Of a stretch of DNA of 64,000 nucleotides, positions 33,840 to 43,568 are shown piece by piece. Numbering within the stretch: the stretch's first letter is position 1; each line of letters begins with the position of its first letter. Source of the stretch: a virus. Lineage: Duplodnaviria > Heunggongvirae > Uroviricota > Caudoviricetes. Where the stretch lies: the IMG/VR virus record IMGVR_UViG_3300034170_000024, positions 2,117 to 66,116 of that record; one strand, given 5' to 3'. The position numbers and the translations under genes were made by a program. Under the pieces are notes generated by a model, which ran no database searches, was not told the origin of the DNA, and saw only the letters and a list, made by a program, of their open reading frames with translations.

Positions 33840-33988
33840 AGTGGGAATTGGAGTGGATCGATGACAACATACACCTTTACACATCACCTGAACATGCTGA
33901 AGCGGTGAAACGTAATATCGAGAAGCGGTACAAGATTCTATCCCTTGAAGCACGCATAAAAGAATTGGAAAAGGAGCTTGGTAAATGA
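33836..33988 (+). CDS. possible 50-aa coiled-coil peptide
   Basis: TAAATG/ATGA couplings on both sides. Confidence 0.3.
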   Translation: MKWELEWIDDNIHLYTSPEHAEAVKRNIEKRYKILSLEARIKELEKELGK

Positions 33989-34242
33989 AATACGTAGTCA
34001 CGAAAGATGAAAACGGTGTAGAAGAACTATTCATGTTTCCAAAGTCTGTGGATCATGACGTTTTCGCTAACGCTGTAAGTCGATTGAAAAATCAGGCGCA
34101 TGGTAATTGGGAACGAATTGACCGTGATGTTATCGCTGCTGGATTCGTCACAACAAAACAAGATGGTGTATTTTGCTTCGGTCGCAGTGAAACCCTTAAC
34201 CTAAACTCACGTGGGCGTCTTGATGAGATGTTAATCGTATGA
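33985..34242 (+). CDS. hypothetical protein
   Basis: 85 aa. Confidence 0.4.
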   Translation: MKYVVTKDENGVEELFMFPKSVDHDVFANAVSRLKNQAHGNWERIDRDVIAAGFVTTKQDGVFCFGRSETLNLNSRGRLDEMLIV

Positions 34243-34535
34243 CTATTTCAAAATGCCCATTCTGCAAATCAAAAGATGTAGATATTCTTTATGGTTGGCA
34301 ATGTTATTATGTAAAGTGTGATGACTGTGGTTCTGAAGGTTCTGCTTGTAATTCAGAAGAGGAATCAATCGAGGCATGGAATCAAAGCAAAGCTAAAGAA
34401 CCAATGAAAGATCATGAATTCCGTGAAGAAGTAAACGCGCTTAAGCAATTGGTATTAAACTATGCAACCACTGATCAACTTCGTGGTCGTCTAGCTGACT
34501 TCCTGCAAGCATTCAAGGAGAAATGTGGTGAGTGA
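34239..34535 (+). CDS. Lar-family restriction-alleviation zinc-ribbon protein
   Basis: KCPFCKSKD...CYYVKCDDCG...EAWNQ matches Lar family hallmark (CPFCG zinc ribbon followed by E..AIEAWN). Confidence 0.5.
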   Translation: MTISKCPFCKSKDVDILYGWQCYYVKCDDCGSEGSACNSEEESIEAWNQSKAKEPMKDHEFREEVNALKQLVLNYATTDQLRGRLADFLQAFKEKCGE

Positions 34536-34704
34536 TCAAAATTGGGCACTACAAATGATGTTCAAATATCGTTTGCAGGTTGACTTCAGTCGCTGTACAA
34601 TCGAATGTCGTGGTTACACAAATGTATGGTCTTGGGATAAAACTGAAGACTTCTATCGTGTTCTGACAAATGCAGTTAATGAGATTATCAAGGCAGACAG
34701 TTAA
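34528..34704 (+). CDS. possible 58-aa ORF (GTG start)
   Basis: AAGGAG SD 7 nt upstream of GTG; TAATG coupling downstream. Confidence 0.25.
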   Translation: MSDQNWALQMMFKYRLQVDFSRCTIECRGYTNVWSWDKTEDFYRVLTNAVNEIIKADS

Positions 34705-34931
34705 TGAAATTTGATCTAAACAAGATTGACAAGCAAATGATGAAAGATATTGATAGTCTTGACGACACTGCCGGTAACAAGGGTGTCGTCTGGATGCGTG
34801 ATGATTATCTTTCAATGCGTGGTATGGCTTTTTACGGTGATCGTAAAACATATGACCTTCTTGAACTTGTTGCTGGCTTCAAGGAAGAGATGTGCAAAGA
34901 TGGTTATGAATTCAATTGTGATAAATACTAG
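34704..34931 (+). CDS. hypothetical protein
   Basis: 75 aa. Confidence 0.4.
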   Translation: MKFDLNKIDKQMMKDIDSLDDTAGNKGVVWMRDDYLSMRGMAFYGDRKTYDLLELVAGFKEEMCKDGYEFNCDKY

Positions 34932-34940
34932 GAGATAAGT

Positions 34941-35126
34941 ATGAAAGTTGGAGATAAGGTACGTGTAACAGGTCATGATAAAAATGGTTACCGTCACGGT
35001 TTTCATATTAGTGACATTGGTCATATTATGGTGATTGATGATGAGGATGGTAGTATCCTAATTAACTCTGATGTTTCCCCTTACGATCAGTGGATGACTG
35101 CATCTGAATTGGAGATTGTACAATGA
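34941..35126 (+). CDS. small GDKVKV-family protein
   Basis: MKVGDKVRVTGHD... motif shared with at least seven other small ORFs. Confidence 0.45.
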   Translation: MKVGDKVRVTGHDKNGYRHGFHISDIGHIMVIDDEDGSILINSDVSPYDQWMTASELEIVQ

Positions 35127-35548
35127 AAATTCATGGTAAGTGGTTGACTAAAACAACTGATGCAGAAGACCTTAAATGGTTTGTTGATCTATATGAAATG
35201 ACACCAGATCAAATCATTAAGGATTATAAACTGGAGCAACACATTATAAATCCTGAAATCAAAGCAATTGTATTCCTCGAATACGACGGCTCAATCAATC
35301 AAATGTTCATCATCGAACCAAATGACTTGGTAATCGTTTGGGCAGAAGGTCGTTGTGATACAATCTTTAATACTGACGGTATTGCATTCATGGAACTTCA
35401 TCGTGATCAACAGTTGATTGCTCAATGGGCAATGGGTGACTCACCATATGAAATGAATGATGAAGACCTTGAAGAATGTGAATTCGATATGTCTAAACTT
35501 CCAGAAGGTATTACTCGTGATCAAGTTATTTTCGTAGCACAACTGTAA
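35123..35548 (+). CDS. hypothetical protein
   Basis: 141 aa. Confidence 0.45.
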   Translation: MKIHGKWLTKTTDAEDLKWFVDLYEMTPDQIIKDYKLEQHIINPEIKAIVFLEYDGSINQMFIIEPNDLVIVWAEGRCDTIFNTDGIAFMELHRDQQLIAQWAMGDSPYEMNDEDLEECEFDMSKLPEGITRDQVIFVAQL

Positions 35549-35559
35549 GGAGAGATTGT

Positions 35560-37467
35560 TTGAGTTTGATTGAAAAAGTAATTAAGCATTACATGCCTGA
35601 CTATGATGGGAGTGAAAAGATTTGTTGTCCGTTTCACAGTGAGAATACCGCGTCATTCAACATCTATCATCATCAGCATTCGTTCTACTGCTACGGTTGT
35701 GGTGCAAAGAGTACACCGATTGATTTCGTAATGTATGCCGAAGAGATGGACGAAGAAACAGAATTTGCAAAAGGTCGTGACTTGACAATGCAAATTCTAG
35801 GTATGACATACGAGAAGTATCAAGAGGAGAGAAAGAAAGTGACGGATGTAGCTGTAATGATGAATGATTGCCTTCCGGCAATGACGGACGAAGAAGTAAA
35901 GGCTTTCATCCAAAGTGCTCATCGTGAAATCAATGGTAAGAAAGTAAGTGGCTATGCTGGTCTTGGTTATCGTGGGATTAAAGATGAATATCTGAAGTTC
36001 TTCGGTCACCTGACTAAGAAGGATGATCAAGGTAATGTAATCAGTCGTCACTATCCTGAAACAAATACCAAGGGTAAGCTTGCTGGTTATAAATGCCGTA
36101 ACCATCCTAAAGACTTCCGATATGGTAATGTCGGTAACACTGGTGGTAAGAACCAACTAAGTGGTCAGGTTAAGTATTCTGGTTACAACAAGTACATCTT
36201 GATTGTTGGTGGTGAAGAAGATAAAGTTGCAGCATACCAGATGTTCGAAGAGAATCGGATTAAGGCTGGTGGTAACATTGCTCCTGTTCACGTAGTATCC
36301 CCAACTTGTGGTGAGAATAGTGCAGTTAAGCAAATTGCAGCACAGTATTCGTTCTTCGACATGTATGACCAAATCATTATTGGTATGGATAATGATGAGG
36401 CTGGTAAGCGTGCAGCAGAAGCAATTGCGGCAGTATTACCAAAAGAGAAAGTTAAGGTCGCTGTCTGGACTGGTAAAGATGCAAACAAGATGTTGGAAGA
36501 CGGTAAGGCTAGTGTATTTGTCCGTGACTTCTACAATGCTAAACCACTGATTGCATCTGGTATCAAGGAAAGTACAGGTTCGATGGACTCGGTTCGTGAA
36601 GAACTTATGCGTCCACGTATTCCACTTCCACCAGAATGGAAAGATGTACAAGATGCAATGAAAGGTGGTATTCGACAAGGTTCTATCGTCAATATCATTG
36701 GTGATACATCGGTTGGTAAGTCTACTCACATTAACGGACTCAACTACTTCTGGATGTTTAACGCACCACAGAAAGTTGGGGTTGTTTCTCTTGAGATGAC
36801 TGAAGGTCAATACACACTTGACTTGTTGTCTATTCACCTTGAGAAGAACTTGGCGTGGATTGGTGAAGGTGCGGATATTCTTGAGTATCTGGAACGTCCT
36901 GAAGTTCAAGCTCTGTATGACAACTTACTTGTTGATGATTCCGGTCAACCACGTTATTCGATTCTTGATGAGCGTGATGGTGATCTTAAGTTGCTGGAGC
37001 GACAAGTTGAGAAGTTGATTCACCAGTATGGTTGCAAGATCATTGTAATTGACGTACTGACTGACATTCTTCGTGGTTGCAATGGTGACATGCAAGAAGA
37101 TCATATGCGTTGGCAGAAACAGATTGTTAAGACAGGTGTTACAATTGTGAACATCTTGCACACACGTAAACCAGTTAACTCTGATGGTTCGTGGCGTAAA
37201 GCAACTGAGTATGATGCGTTTGGTAGTTCGACATTTGTACAGTCGGCTGCATACAACATCGTGATCAGTCGTGACAAGATGAACCCTGACCCAATCCTGA
37301 AGAACCTGACACATGTTGACATGCCGAAGTGTCGTGGTGGTGAGACTGGTGAAATCATGCAATTGATTTATGATGTCGAAACCCGTAACGTTATGAACTA
37401 CAACAATTGGCTTGCAAAACAAGCGAGCATGCCTCATAATCAGCAAGATTCTGATCCGGGGTTTTAA
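35560..37467 (+). CDS. DNA primase-helicase (zinc-ribbon/TOPRIM primase fused to DnaB-family helicase, T7 gp4-like architecture)
   Basis: N-terminal CCPFH..C..YCYGCG zinc ribbon; central DxD-rich TOPRIM-like region (GMDNDEAGKRA); C-terminal Walker A GDTSVGKST and Walker B IIVIDV. Confidence 0.85.
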   Translation: MSLIEKVIKHYMPDYDGSEKICCPFHSENTASFNIYHHQHSFYCYGCGAKSTPIDFVMYAEEMDEETEFAKGRDLTMQILGMTYEKYQEERKKVTDVAVMMNDCLPAMTDEEVKAFIQSAHREINGKKVSGYAGLGYRGIKDEYLKFFGHLTKKDDQGNVISRHYPETNTKGKLAGYKCRNHPKDFRYGNVGNTGGKNQLSGQVKYSGYNKYILIVGGEEDKVAAYQMFEENRIKAGGNIAPVHVVSPTCGENSAVKQIAAQYSFFDMYDQIIIGMDNDEAGKRAAEAIAAVLPKEKVKVAVWTGKDANKMLEDGKASVFVRDFYNAKPLIASGIKESTGSMDSVREELMRPRIPLPPEWKDVQDAMKGGIRQGSIVNIIGDTSVGKSTHINGLNYFWMFNAPQKVGVVSLEMTEGQYTLDLLSIHLEKNLAWIGEGADILEYLERPEVQALYDNLLVDDSGQPRYSILDERDGDLKLLERQVEKLIHQYGCKIIVIDVLTDILRGCNGDMQEDHMRWQKQIVKTGVTIVNILHTRKPVNSDGSWRKATEYDAFGSSTFVQSAAYNIVISRDKMNPDPILKNLTHVDMPKCRGGETGEIMQLIYDVETRNVMNYNNWLAKQASMPHNQQDSDPGF

Positions 37468-37472
37468 ATTAT

Positions 37473-37497
37473 AAGGGACTTCGGTCCCTTTTGCTTT
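37473..37497 (+). terminator. terminator with UUCG loop
   Basis: AAGGGAC-ttcg-GTCCCTT + TTGCTTT. Confidence 0.6.
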
Positions 37498-37510
37498 ATA
37501 GGAGAATTAA

Positions 37511-39754
37511 GTGGCTGAAGAAATGAAGTTTGAAAAAATATTTGATGATTGGATTTATGACCTAGAGACTTACCCTAACATCTTTACGTTTGCAACTATC
37601 TTTGCTAATGGTAAAGGTCGTCGTGTATTCGAAATTAGTGATCGTCGTAATGACATCAATGAGATGCTTGACTTTCTTCGTAAAGTAAAGACTGCTGGTC
37701 ACCGACTAGTTGGTTTCAACAACGTAGGGTTTGACTATCCTGTGTTGCATTACATTCTGGAGAAGAGCAAACAAGCGAACAAGGAGAAGAAAGAACTTGT
37801 AATCTCTGCTGCTGAAATTTATAGCAAAGTATGCAAGATGTTTGAAGCTGCCAAGTTCAACAAGTTTGGCTCTGCAATCCGTTCTGATGAAACATTGATC
37901 CCACAAGTTGATCTATTCAAGATTCATCACTTTGACAACAAAGCTCGCATGACAAGCTTGAAAGTACTTGAGTTCAACATGCGCTCTAAGAACATTGAAG
38001 ACTTGCCGTTCCCGGTAGGTATGCGTCTGAACGATCAACAAAAAGACGTTTTGATTTCGTATAACCATCATGACGTAATGGAAACATTGAAGTTCTACCA
38101 TCACTCGATGGATGCAATTAAGATGCGTTCTGAGTTGACAGTCCAGTTCGGTTTTGACTGCACTAACTACAATGACACCAAGATTGGTAAGGAGTTGTTT
38201 GTTAACCGTCTTGAGGCTGCAAAGCCGGGTATCTGTTTCAAGATTGAAAAGAAAGGACCACGAATGGTCCGTAAGATGCAGCAAACCAAACGTGAGTTCA
38301 TTAACCTCGGTGAATGTATTCTGCCGTATGTGAAATTTGAACGTCCAGAGTTTGAAGCAATCCGTAAATGGTTTAGTGAGCAAACTATTACTGAAACCAA
38401 TGGTGTGTTCTCCGATTTGGAAGAGCATCAGTTGGGTGATGTTGCAAAGTATGCGAACATGAAAGTCAAGATGAAGAAGTTCAATTGCCCGGAACAAGGT
38501 GCAAAGAACAAACGATACGTTCCAACTGAAGCACACGTACTTGAAATGATGGCTGAACATCCACTCGGTTGGGTTGAAGCTGTTGAATTGAAGAGTCCAA
38601 AGGGTGCTGCAAGCTATTGGTTCTGCTGGCGGGTAACTGCTGGTGCAAAAGGTGTTGATGAAAAGAAAGGCACAAACAGTAGTCCACTCAACGTTGTTAT
38701 TGATGGATTCCAGTATGACTTTGGTACTGGTGGTATTCATGGATGCAAGAAAGGTGTAACAGTCAGCGGTAATGGTAAGCGTATTTACACGCTCGACGTT
38801 GCATCGTATTACCCGAACTTGAGTATCCAGAACAAGATTTATCCTGAACACCTTGATGAATTGTTCTGTCAGGTATATCAGAATCTGTATGTTGAACGCC
38901 GTAGCTATGATAAGAAGTCGGCAACCAACAAAGCTTTGAAGCTGGCATTGAACGGTACTTATGGTGCGTCTGGTGACGAATTCAGTCCTATGTACGATCC
39001 TAAGTTTATGATGTCGATTACGATCAATGGTCAGTTGTCTTTGTGCATGTTGATTGAAAAACTGTTGAAACAGGTTGATGCAGAGATTATCATGTGCAAC
39101 ACAGACGGTTTTGAATTCGTAGCGAATGATGATCCTAAGACCAAGAAATTGATTGACAAGCTGGTTAAGGAATGGGAAGCTCTTACTGGTCTTGAGATGG
39201 AAGGTTTCTTGTATGACAAGATGATGGCTGCGAACGTGAACAACTACATCGCCGTTTACAAAGGTGGTGACGTTAAGCGTAAAGGTGCATACGAGTTTAA
39301 AGACTTGGACTGGCATAAAAACCAGAGTGCATTGGTCGTTAAGATGGCTGCTGTGCACGAGCTATTGGGTCTTGGAGACGCTGAAGACTTGATCCGTAGG
39401 CATGATGACCCTTACGACTTTATGTTGCGTACAAAGGTTCCACGAAGCTCTAAGCTGGTGTTGTTCAATGAGGAAACAGGTGAAGAGAAACCATTGCAGA
39501 ATATCTGCCGGTATTATCCATCTGTTCATGGTGGTAAGCTGATTAAGCTTATGCCTGCATTAGAAGGTAAAGAGCTTGAAGGTGATCGTCGTCTATCGAT
39601 TGATAAGGAATGGAATGTGACTCCTTGCAATGATATGGGTGACTTTAGCTGGGGAATCAATTATGATTACTATGTAAAGGAAGCCAAGAAGCTCGTAGCT
39701 GCAATCCTTGGTGATGTGGACCTAGATGACGAAGGTAACTCCGATGAGGATTAA
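37511..39754 (+). CDS. DNA polymerase (DEDD 3'-5' exonuclease + family-B-like polymerase motifs)
   Basis: Exo I YDLET; motif A-like LDVASYYPNLS (DxxSLYPS); motif B-like KLALNGTYG (Kx3NSxYG); motif C-like MCNTDGF; GTG start with GGAGAA SD. Confidence 0.75.
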   Translation: MAEEMKFEKIFDDWIYDLETYPNIFTFATIFANGKGRRVFEISDRRNDINEMLDFLRKVKTAGHRLVGFNNVGFDYPVLHYILEKSKQANKEKKELVISAAEIYSKVCKMFEAAKFNKFGSAIRSDETLIPQVDLFKIHHFDNKARMTSLKVLEFNMRSKNIEDLPFPVGMRLNDQQKDVLISYNHHDVMETLKFYHHSMDAIKMRSELTVQFGFDCTNYNDTKIGKELFVNRLEAAKPGICFKIEKKGPRMVRKMQQTKREFINLGECILPYVKFERPEFEAIRKWFSEQTITETNGVFSDLEEHQLGDVAKYANMKVKMKKFNCPEQGAKNKRYVPTEAHVLEMMAEHPLGWVEAVELKSPKGAASYWFCWRVTAGAKGVDEKKGTNSSPLNVVIDGFQYDFGTGGIHGCKKGVTVSGNGKRIYTLDVASYYPNLSIQNKIYPEHLDELFCQVYQNLYVERRSYDKKSATNKALKLALNGTYGASGDEFSPMYDPKFMMSITINGQLSLCMLIEKLLKQVDAEIIMCNTDGFEFVANDDPKTKKLIDKLVKEWEALTGLEMEGFLYDKMMAANVNNYIAVYKGGDVKRKGAYEFKDLDWHKNQSALVVKMAAVHELLGLGDAEDLIRRHDDPYDFMLRTKVPRSSKLVLFNEETGEEKPLQNICRYYPSVHGGKLIKLMPALEGKELEGDRRLSIDKEWNVTPCNDMGDFSWGINYDYYVKEAKKLVAAILGDVDLDDEGNSDED

Positions 39755-39757
39755 TAA

Positions 39758-39874
39758 ATGAAAATCATTTGCAAATTGTTTGGTCATGGTGAATTATTCA
39801 AATGTAATTATCTGAATAATTGTAATAGAAATGATCTATTCATCTGCATGGATTGTCGAGAAATTGTAAAATAG
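39758..39874 (+). CDS. possible 38-aa Cys-rich peptide
   Basis: TAATAAATG; CKLFGHG..C..C..C..C; below cutoff. Confidence 0.2.
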   Translation: MKIICKLFGHGELFKCNYLNNCNRNDLFICMDCREIVK

Positions 39875-39877
39875 TTG

Positions 39878-39905
39878 TTGACAGGCGATCAGGATCAAGT
39901 AGAAT
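39878..39905 (+). promoter_or_regulatory. sigma70 promoter TTGACA-16-TAGAATGG
   Basis: perfect -35, TAGAAT -10. Confidence 0.6.
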
Positions 39906-39938
39906 GGTCGCCATCAACAAGACAACTGGAGATATGAA

Positions 39939-40193
39939 ATGAGTCAACTTGCTAATCTGTTAGATAGAAAGCTTTCAATGAATGCGACAGTAGAATTCAG
40001 TTCTATTCTTTGTAGCATTGAAGATGAGACTGATGCAATTGATTTGGTTAAAGCAATTGACCTTGCTCAAGAAGATGTTGACTTCACAATTAAACTGATT
40101 GAAACTCTTTTCAAGTCACTTCGAATTGACCTTTCCAGTAGTGAAGGTAAAGAAGTAATCAAAAAACTTAAGAAAATCAACAAGAGTATTTGA
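39939..40193 (+). CDS. small acidic protein (possible DNA-mimic-type anti-restriction candidate)
   Basis: 84 aa, D/E-rich, first gene after strong promoter. Confidence 0.4.
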   Translation: MSQLANLLDRKLSMNATVEFSSILCSIEDETDAIDLVKAIDLAQEDVDFTIKLIETLFKSLRIDLSSSEGKEVIKKLKKINKSI

Positions 40194-40194
40194 A

Positions 40195-40524
40195 ATGAAA
40201 GCAACAATAAATGGTAACATGGTCACTTTCACAGGCTTAAGTGAAATGGATGTGCTGTTGCAAATCCAAAGACGACACCTTGCTGTTCGTCAATTCACAG
40301 CAATGGGTCAACCTGATGGTACAGTCCATCTGACATTCCCTATGTCACCACTTGAGCGCGGTGAGTTCGCCGGTCTGATTCATCGTTACAATGCTGAACA
40401 ACGTGCAAAGAACAAACACCTTGAACATAAAGGTGTTGATCCAACCCCACCTAAAGGTACACCTCCTCGTGGTGGTGCTGGTAACACGAAAGAATTTGTA
40501 AATACATCTGCAATCGCTGCATAA
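40195..40524 (+). CDS. hypothetical protein
   Basis: 109 aa; Pro/Gly-rich C-terminus. Confidence 0.4.
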   Translation: MKATINGNMVTFTGLSEMDVLLQIQRRHLAVRQFTAMGQPDGTVHLTFPMSPLERGEFAGLIHRYNAEQRAKNKHLEHKGVDPTPPKGTPPRGGAGNTKEFVNTSAIAA

Positions 40525-40545
40525 TTTATTCAGGAGAAAATGTAA

Positions 40546-41409
40546 ATGGCTTTGCAAGCAATGGTAATGACTGTAACCCCACAAAAAGCACTAGAGTGGA
40601 TCGAGAAAAACACTTCAAACCGACCACTGAGTCATGCACGTATTCGTCAATATGTTAAAGACATTACAGATGGTAACTTTGGTCTGACAGGTGAAGCAAT
40701 CCGTTTCTTTGAGGATGGTACATTAGCTGATGGTCAACATCGACTGACAGCAATTGTTAAAGCTTGCAAGTCGATTGAAACACTGGTAGTATTTGGTTTG
40801 AGTAAATCGGTTGCTTCATACATCGACACAGGTAAATCTCGTACTGCTGGTGATGTACTGTGTATGTTCTCTGGTGTAGGTGATGCTGATGCAAAAGCAC
40901 TTGCTACCACCATTCGTATGATTGTACATCATGATGCAGGTCGTCACTATGCTGCAACATCTGGTAGTGGTAACGGTAATACAAGTACTGCAATGACAAA
41001 CCGTGAAATTCAAGACTTCTATCGTGACAATGAGGAAGCACTTTCTGATGCAATGGATTGGGTGCGTGCTCACGGTAAGTTCACGAATGCTGTAATTCCA
41101 CGTGCTGCACAAACAGCATTGTACTACCTGTTTAAACGTGCAAACGCACCACTGGCACATGATTACCTGAGTAAGATTATTCATGGTATGAACGTTGAAC
41201 CAAAATCGACACAAGCAAGTGTTCGTGAAATCTTGTTGCGTGATCTTTCATCTACACGTAAACTAGATTTGCGTAGCAAGATTTATACAGTTGTAAAAGG
41301 TTTTAACAGTGAGCACAAACGTCGTGGTATTTCATCTGCAAAAGGTGCACTGTGGACAATTTCTGCAAATGGTGAAACACCACTACCTGTAACAGATAGT
41401 CATAAATAA
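40546..41409 (+). CDS. DGQHR-motif ParB-like nuclease domain protein (DndB/DpdB-like)
   Basis: GTLADGQHRLTAIV matches the DGQHR / ParB-N (sulfiredoxin-fold) signature. Confidence 0.6.
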   Translation: MALQAMVMTVTPQKALEWIEKNTSNRPLSHARIRQYVKDITDGNFGLTGEAIRFFEDGTLADGQHRLTAIVKACKSIETLVVFGLSKSVASYIDTGKSRTAGDVLCMFSGVGDADAKALATTIRMIVHHDAGRHYAATSGSGNGNTSTAMTNREIQDFYRDNEEALSDAMDWVRAHGKFTNAVIPRAAQTALYYLFKRANAPLAHDYLSKIIHGMNVEPKSTQASVREILLRDLSSTRKLDLRSKIYTVVKGFNSEHKRRGISSAKGALWTISANGETPLPVTDSHK

Positions 41410-41416
41410 TTGCTGC

Positions 41417-41445
41417 TTGACACACCAAACTGACTAGCGTATAAT
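41417..41445 (+). promoter_or_regulatory. consensus sigma70 promoter TTGACA-17-TATAAT
   Basis: perfect hexamers and spacing. Confidence 0.7.
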
Positions 41446-41476
41446 GCGCACACATTAAACAAATGGAGAATAAAAC

Positions 41477-41743
41477 ATGAATACTCGTACTGAACCAGCA
41501 ATGACTGCTCTGACTTCCCTGTTCTCTGCTCGTAAAATCAGCAATGAGCAACTGGTTAACGATGCACTGGATAGCTTCAATAAAGCTGAAGAGAAGATGA
41601 ACAATGCAATCTCGGCTATCGATGCAAACGTTAAAGAAGAACAGGAAGCAATTGAAGCTGCTCAAAAACGCATTGAACAAGCAGATTCTGCAAAAGCTCG
41701 ACTGACTCGTGTAATTGATCGTTTGAAAGCTCTTACTGAATAA
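41477..41743 (+). CDS. small coiled-coil protein
   Basis: 88 aa, heptad-rich. Confidence 0.45.
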   Translation: MNTRTEPAMTALTSLFSARKISNEQLVNDALDSFNKAEEKMNNAISAIDANVKEEQEAIEAAQKRIEQADSAKARLTRVIDRLKALTE

Positions 41744-41753
41744 GGAGAAAGAC

Positions 41754-41975
41754 ATGGGTATTTTTATCGCAGAAGGTCGTGAAGTAAACGTTGGTGATAC
41801 CGTTAAATTGATTGGAAAACTTTGGTACACTGATGATCATGAATTTAAATTCGGAGATGTGATGACTATCGTTGACGATAATGAAGATACTCAGTATTTT
41901 ATGAAAATTGATTACGATGGTATTATTACAGTTGAGCGTGCTGGTGTCCTCTACAACCCAAATGACTTTATGTAA
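41754..41975 (+). CDS. small GDTVKLIG-family protein
   Basis: VNVGDTVKLIGKLWY motif of the small-barrel family. Confidence 0.45.
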   Translation: MGIFIAEGREVNVGDTVKLIGKLWYTDDHEFKFGDVMTIVDDNEDTQYFMKIDYDGIITVERAGVLYNPNDFM

Positions 41976-41986
41976 GGAGTTGACTC

Positions 41987-42202
41987 ATGAAACAATCTGA
42001 ATTCATTCAGTTGAAAACTGGCGATAAAGTCATTTATAATGACACCAATGGTTTCCAACTTGCACCACGTCTGACTGTTCTTACACGAAAAGAAGGTTGG
42101 TTGGATGACGAAGATACAGCTAACTTCACATTCATTACCCCAAGCGGTGGAACTGATCACCACTTCTTCTCTGCTGAAGAACTCGATCTAATCAAGGAGT
42201 AA
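41987..42202 (+). CDS. small GDKVIY-family protein
   Basis: LKTGDKVIYNDTNG motif. Confidence 0.45.
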   Translation: MKQSEFIQLKTGDKVIYNDTNGFQLAPRLTVLTRKEGWLDDEDTANFTFITPSGGTDHHFFSAEELDLIKE

Positions 42203-42204
42203 CA

Positions 42205-42483
42205 ATGAGCAAGAAGAACAAATCCTTTATCCCAACTATCAACCTGAAAGGTGATGACTTCATCCATGCTGTACCTGAAGAGATGGATATGGAAGTAATC
42301 ATCCACTGGAAAGGTCAGGTCAAAGGTCAATCGTACCAACCTGAACATATCAACCCTGTAAAAGCTTTTAGTAAGCAGGATGGTAAGTTCAAAGTAATTA
42401 ACCGTAACCTGCCTGACACGTGTTACACCTTCGATATCAAAGAAGTAAAATGTGTTTACCTGCTACCAATGGGAGATGTATAA
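42205..42483 (+). CDS. hypothetical protein
   Basis: 92 aa. Confidence 0.4.
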   Translation: MSKKNKSFIPTINLKGDDFIHAVPEEMDMEVIIHWKGQVKGQSYQPEHINPVKAFSKQDGKFKVINRNLPDTCYTFDIKEVKCVYLLPMGDV

Positions 42484-42839
42484 TGAAACTTGTAGAAGAC
42501 TCAGTGATTAATCTTAACCTGAGTATCCGTTCTGCTGATGCACTTCGTGCTTACATGGTGCTGGGTAGATCAAATGGTCATGTTCCGGGTTTTGACACAA
42601 GTCTGTATAACAAACTTGCTGAATCACTCGATGTAGACTCCCATCATCAACGGGGAATGCTTCATGAGCTTGGTCGTGCCGAACTTGGTACAATTAATTA
42701 TATCAGTATCCAATCCGAAGTTGAGACGTTGTTCTTTGGTGATAATGCCAAACGTAACGAACTTGCTGAAAAAGTAGCTGAGCTTAAAAAGATTCAAGAC
42801 GAAGTAGATGCTCTAAAACTTGAACTGGGAGAAGTGTAA
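42483..42839 (+). CDS. hypothetical protein
   Basis: TAATG coupling; 118 aa. Confidence 0.4.
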   Translation: MKLVEDSVINLNLSIRSADALRAYMVLGRSNGHVPGFDTSLYNKLAESLDVDSHHQRGMLHELGRAELGTINYISIQSEVETLFFGDNAKRNELAEKVAELKKIQDEVDALKLELGEV

Positions 42840-43276
42840 TGCCAAGTCGTCAAAACCTGATTAACCGAATTATCTCTGGTGATTTGATGAGTCGTGAAGA
42901 TCAAATCAGCGAGTTCAATCAGTATCAGAATGATGAACGTGATGATGATTACAACCTCATCATCACACCAATGCCTGAGAACATTCATATCTTTCATTCG
43001 TATTACTCGTATGAAGACTACAACGGTTATGGTTACCTTTGGGGTTATGACTCTGATCGTGATGTGTTCTTCTACAACTCTGGTAGTCATTGCTCTTGCT
43101 ATGGTCTAGAAGGTCAGTGGGATATCGAAGATCATACTTACGAAGAGATGGTTAACTACATCGAACGTCAGATTGAGAACGACAAAGATGAAGAAGTTCG
43201 TGAGTCTTATGGTTATGATTCTGTTAAAGCAGAAGGTCGTGTTGAACTGTTGAAAATCATTTTGGGAGAAGTATAA
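42839..43276 (+). CDS. acidic Tyr/Asp-rich hypothetical protein
   Basis: 145 aa. Confidence 0.4.
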   Translation: MPSRQNLINRIISGDLMSREDQISEFNQYQNDERDDDYNLIITPMPENIHIFHSYYSYEDYNGYGYLWGYDSDRDVFFYNSGSHCSCYGLEGQWDIEDHTYEEMVNYIERQIENDKDEEVRESYGYDSVKAEGRVELLKIILGEV

Positions 43277-43557
43277 TGTCGGTAACACTGGCTGAAAAGT
43301 TTCAGAAGTTTGATTCTGAGAATCCGGGTGTTTACTTCCTGTTCAAGCGGTTTGCAAATGATCTGATTAAGATTGGTCGCAAGAAGCTGAGTGCTGCACT
43401 GATTGTTGAGCGCATTCGTTGGGAAGTAAATATCAGTACTGTATCTGACGATGTGTTTAAGCTGAGCAACAACCACACAGCTTTCTATGCTCGTAAGTTT
43501 ATGGACGATCATCCTGAAAATGGTGAAATCTTTCGAACCCGTACACAACAAGTTTAA
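43276..43557 (+). CDS. hypothetical protein
   Basis: 93 aa. Confidence 0.4.
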   Translation: MSVTLAEKFQKFDSENPGVYFLFKRFANDLIKIGRKKLSAALIVERIRWEVNISTVSDDVFKLSNNHTAFYARKFMDDHPENGEIFRTRTQQV

Positions 43558-43568
43558 AAGGAGATAAC

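Noticed and set aside
37913-39358. 481-aa minus-strand ORF
   Set aside because: Antisense shadow of the DNA polymerase gene; the + strand protein has clear polymerase motifs.
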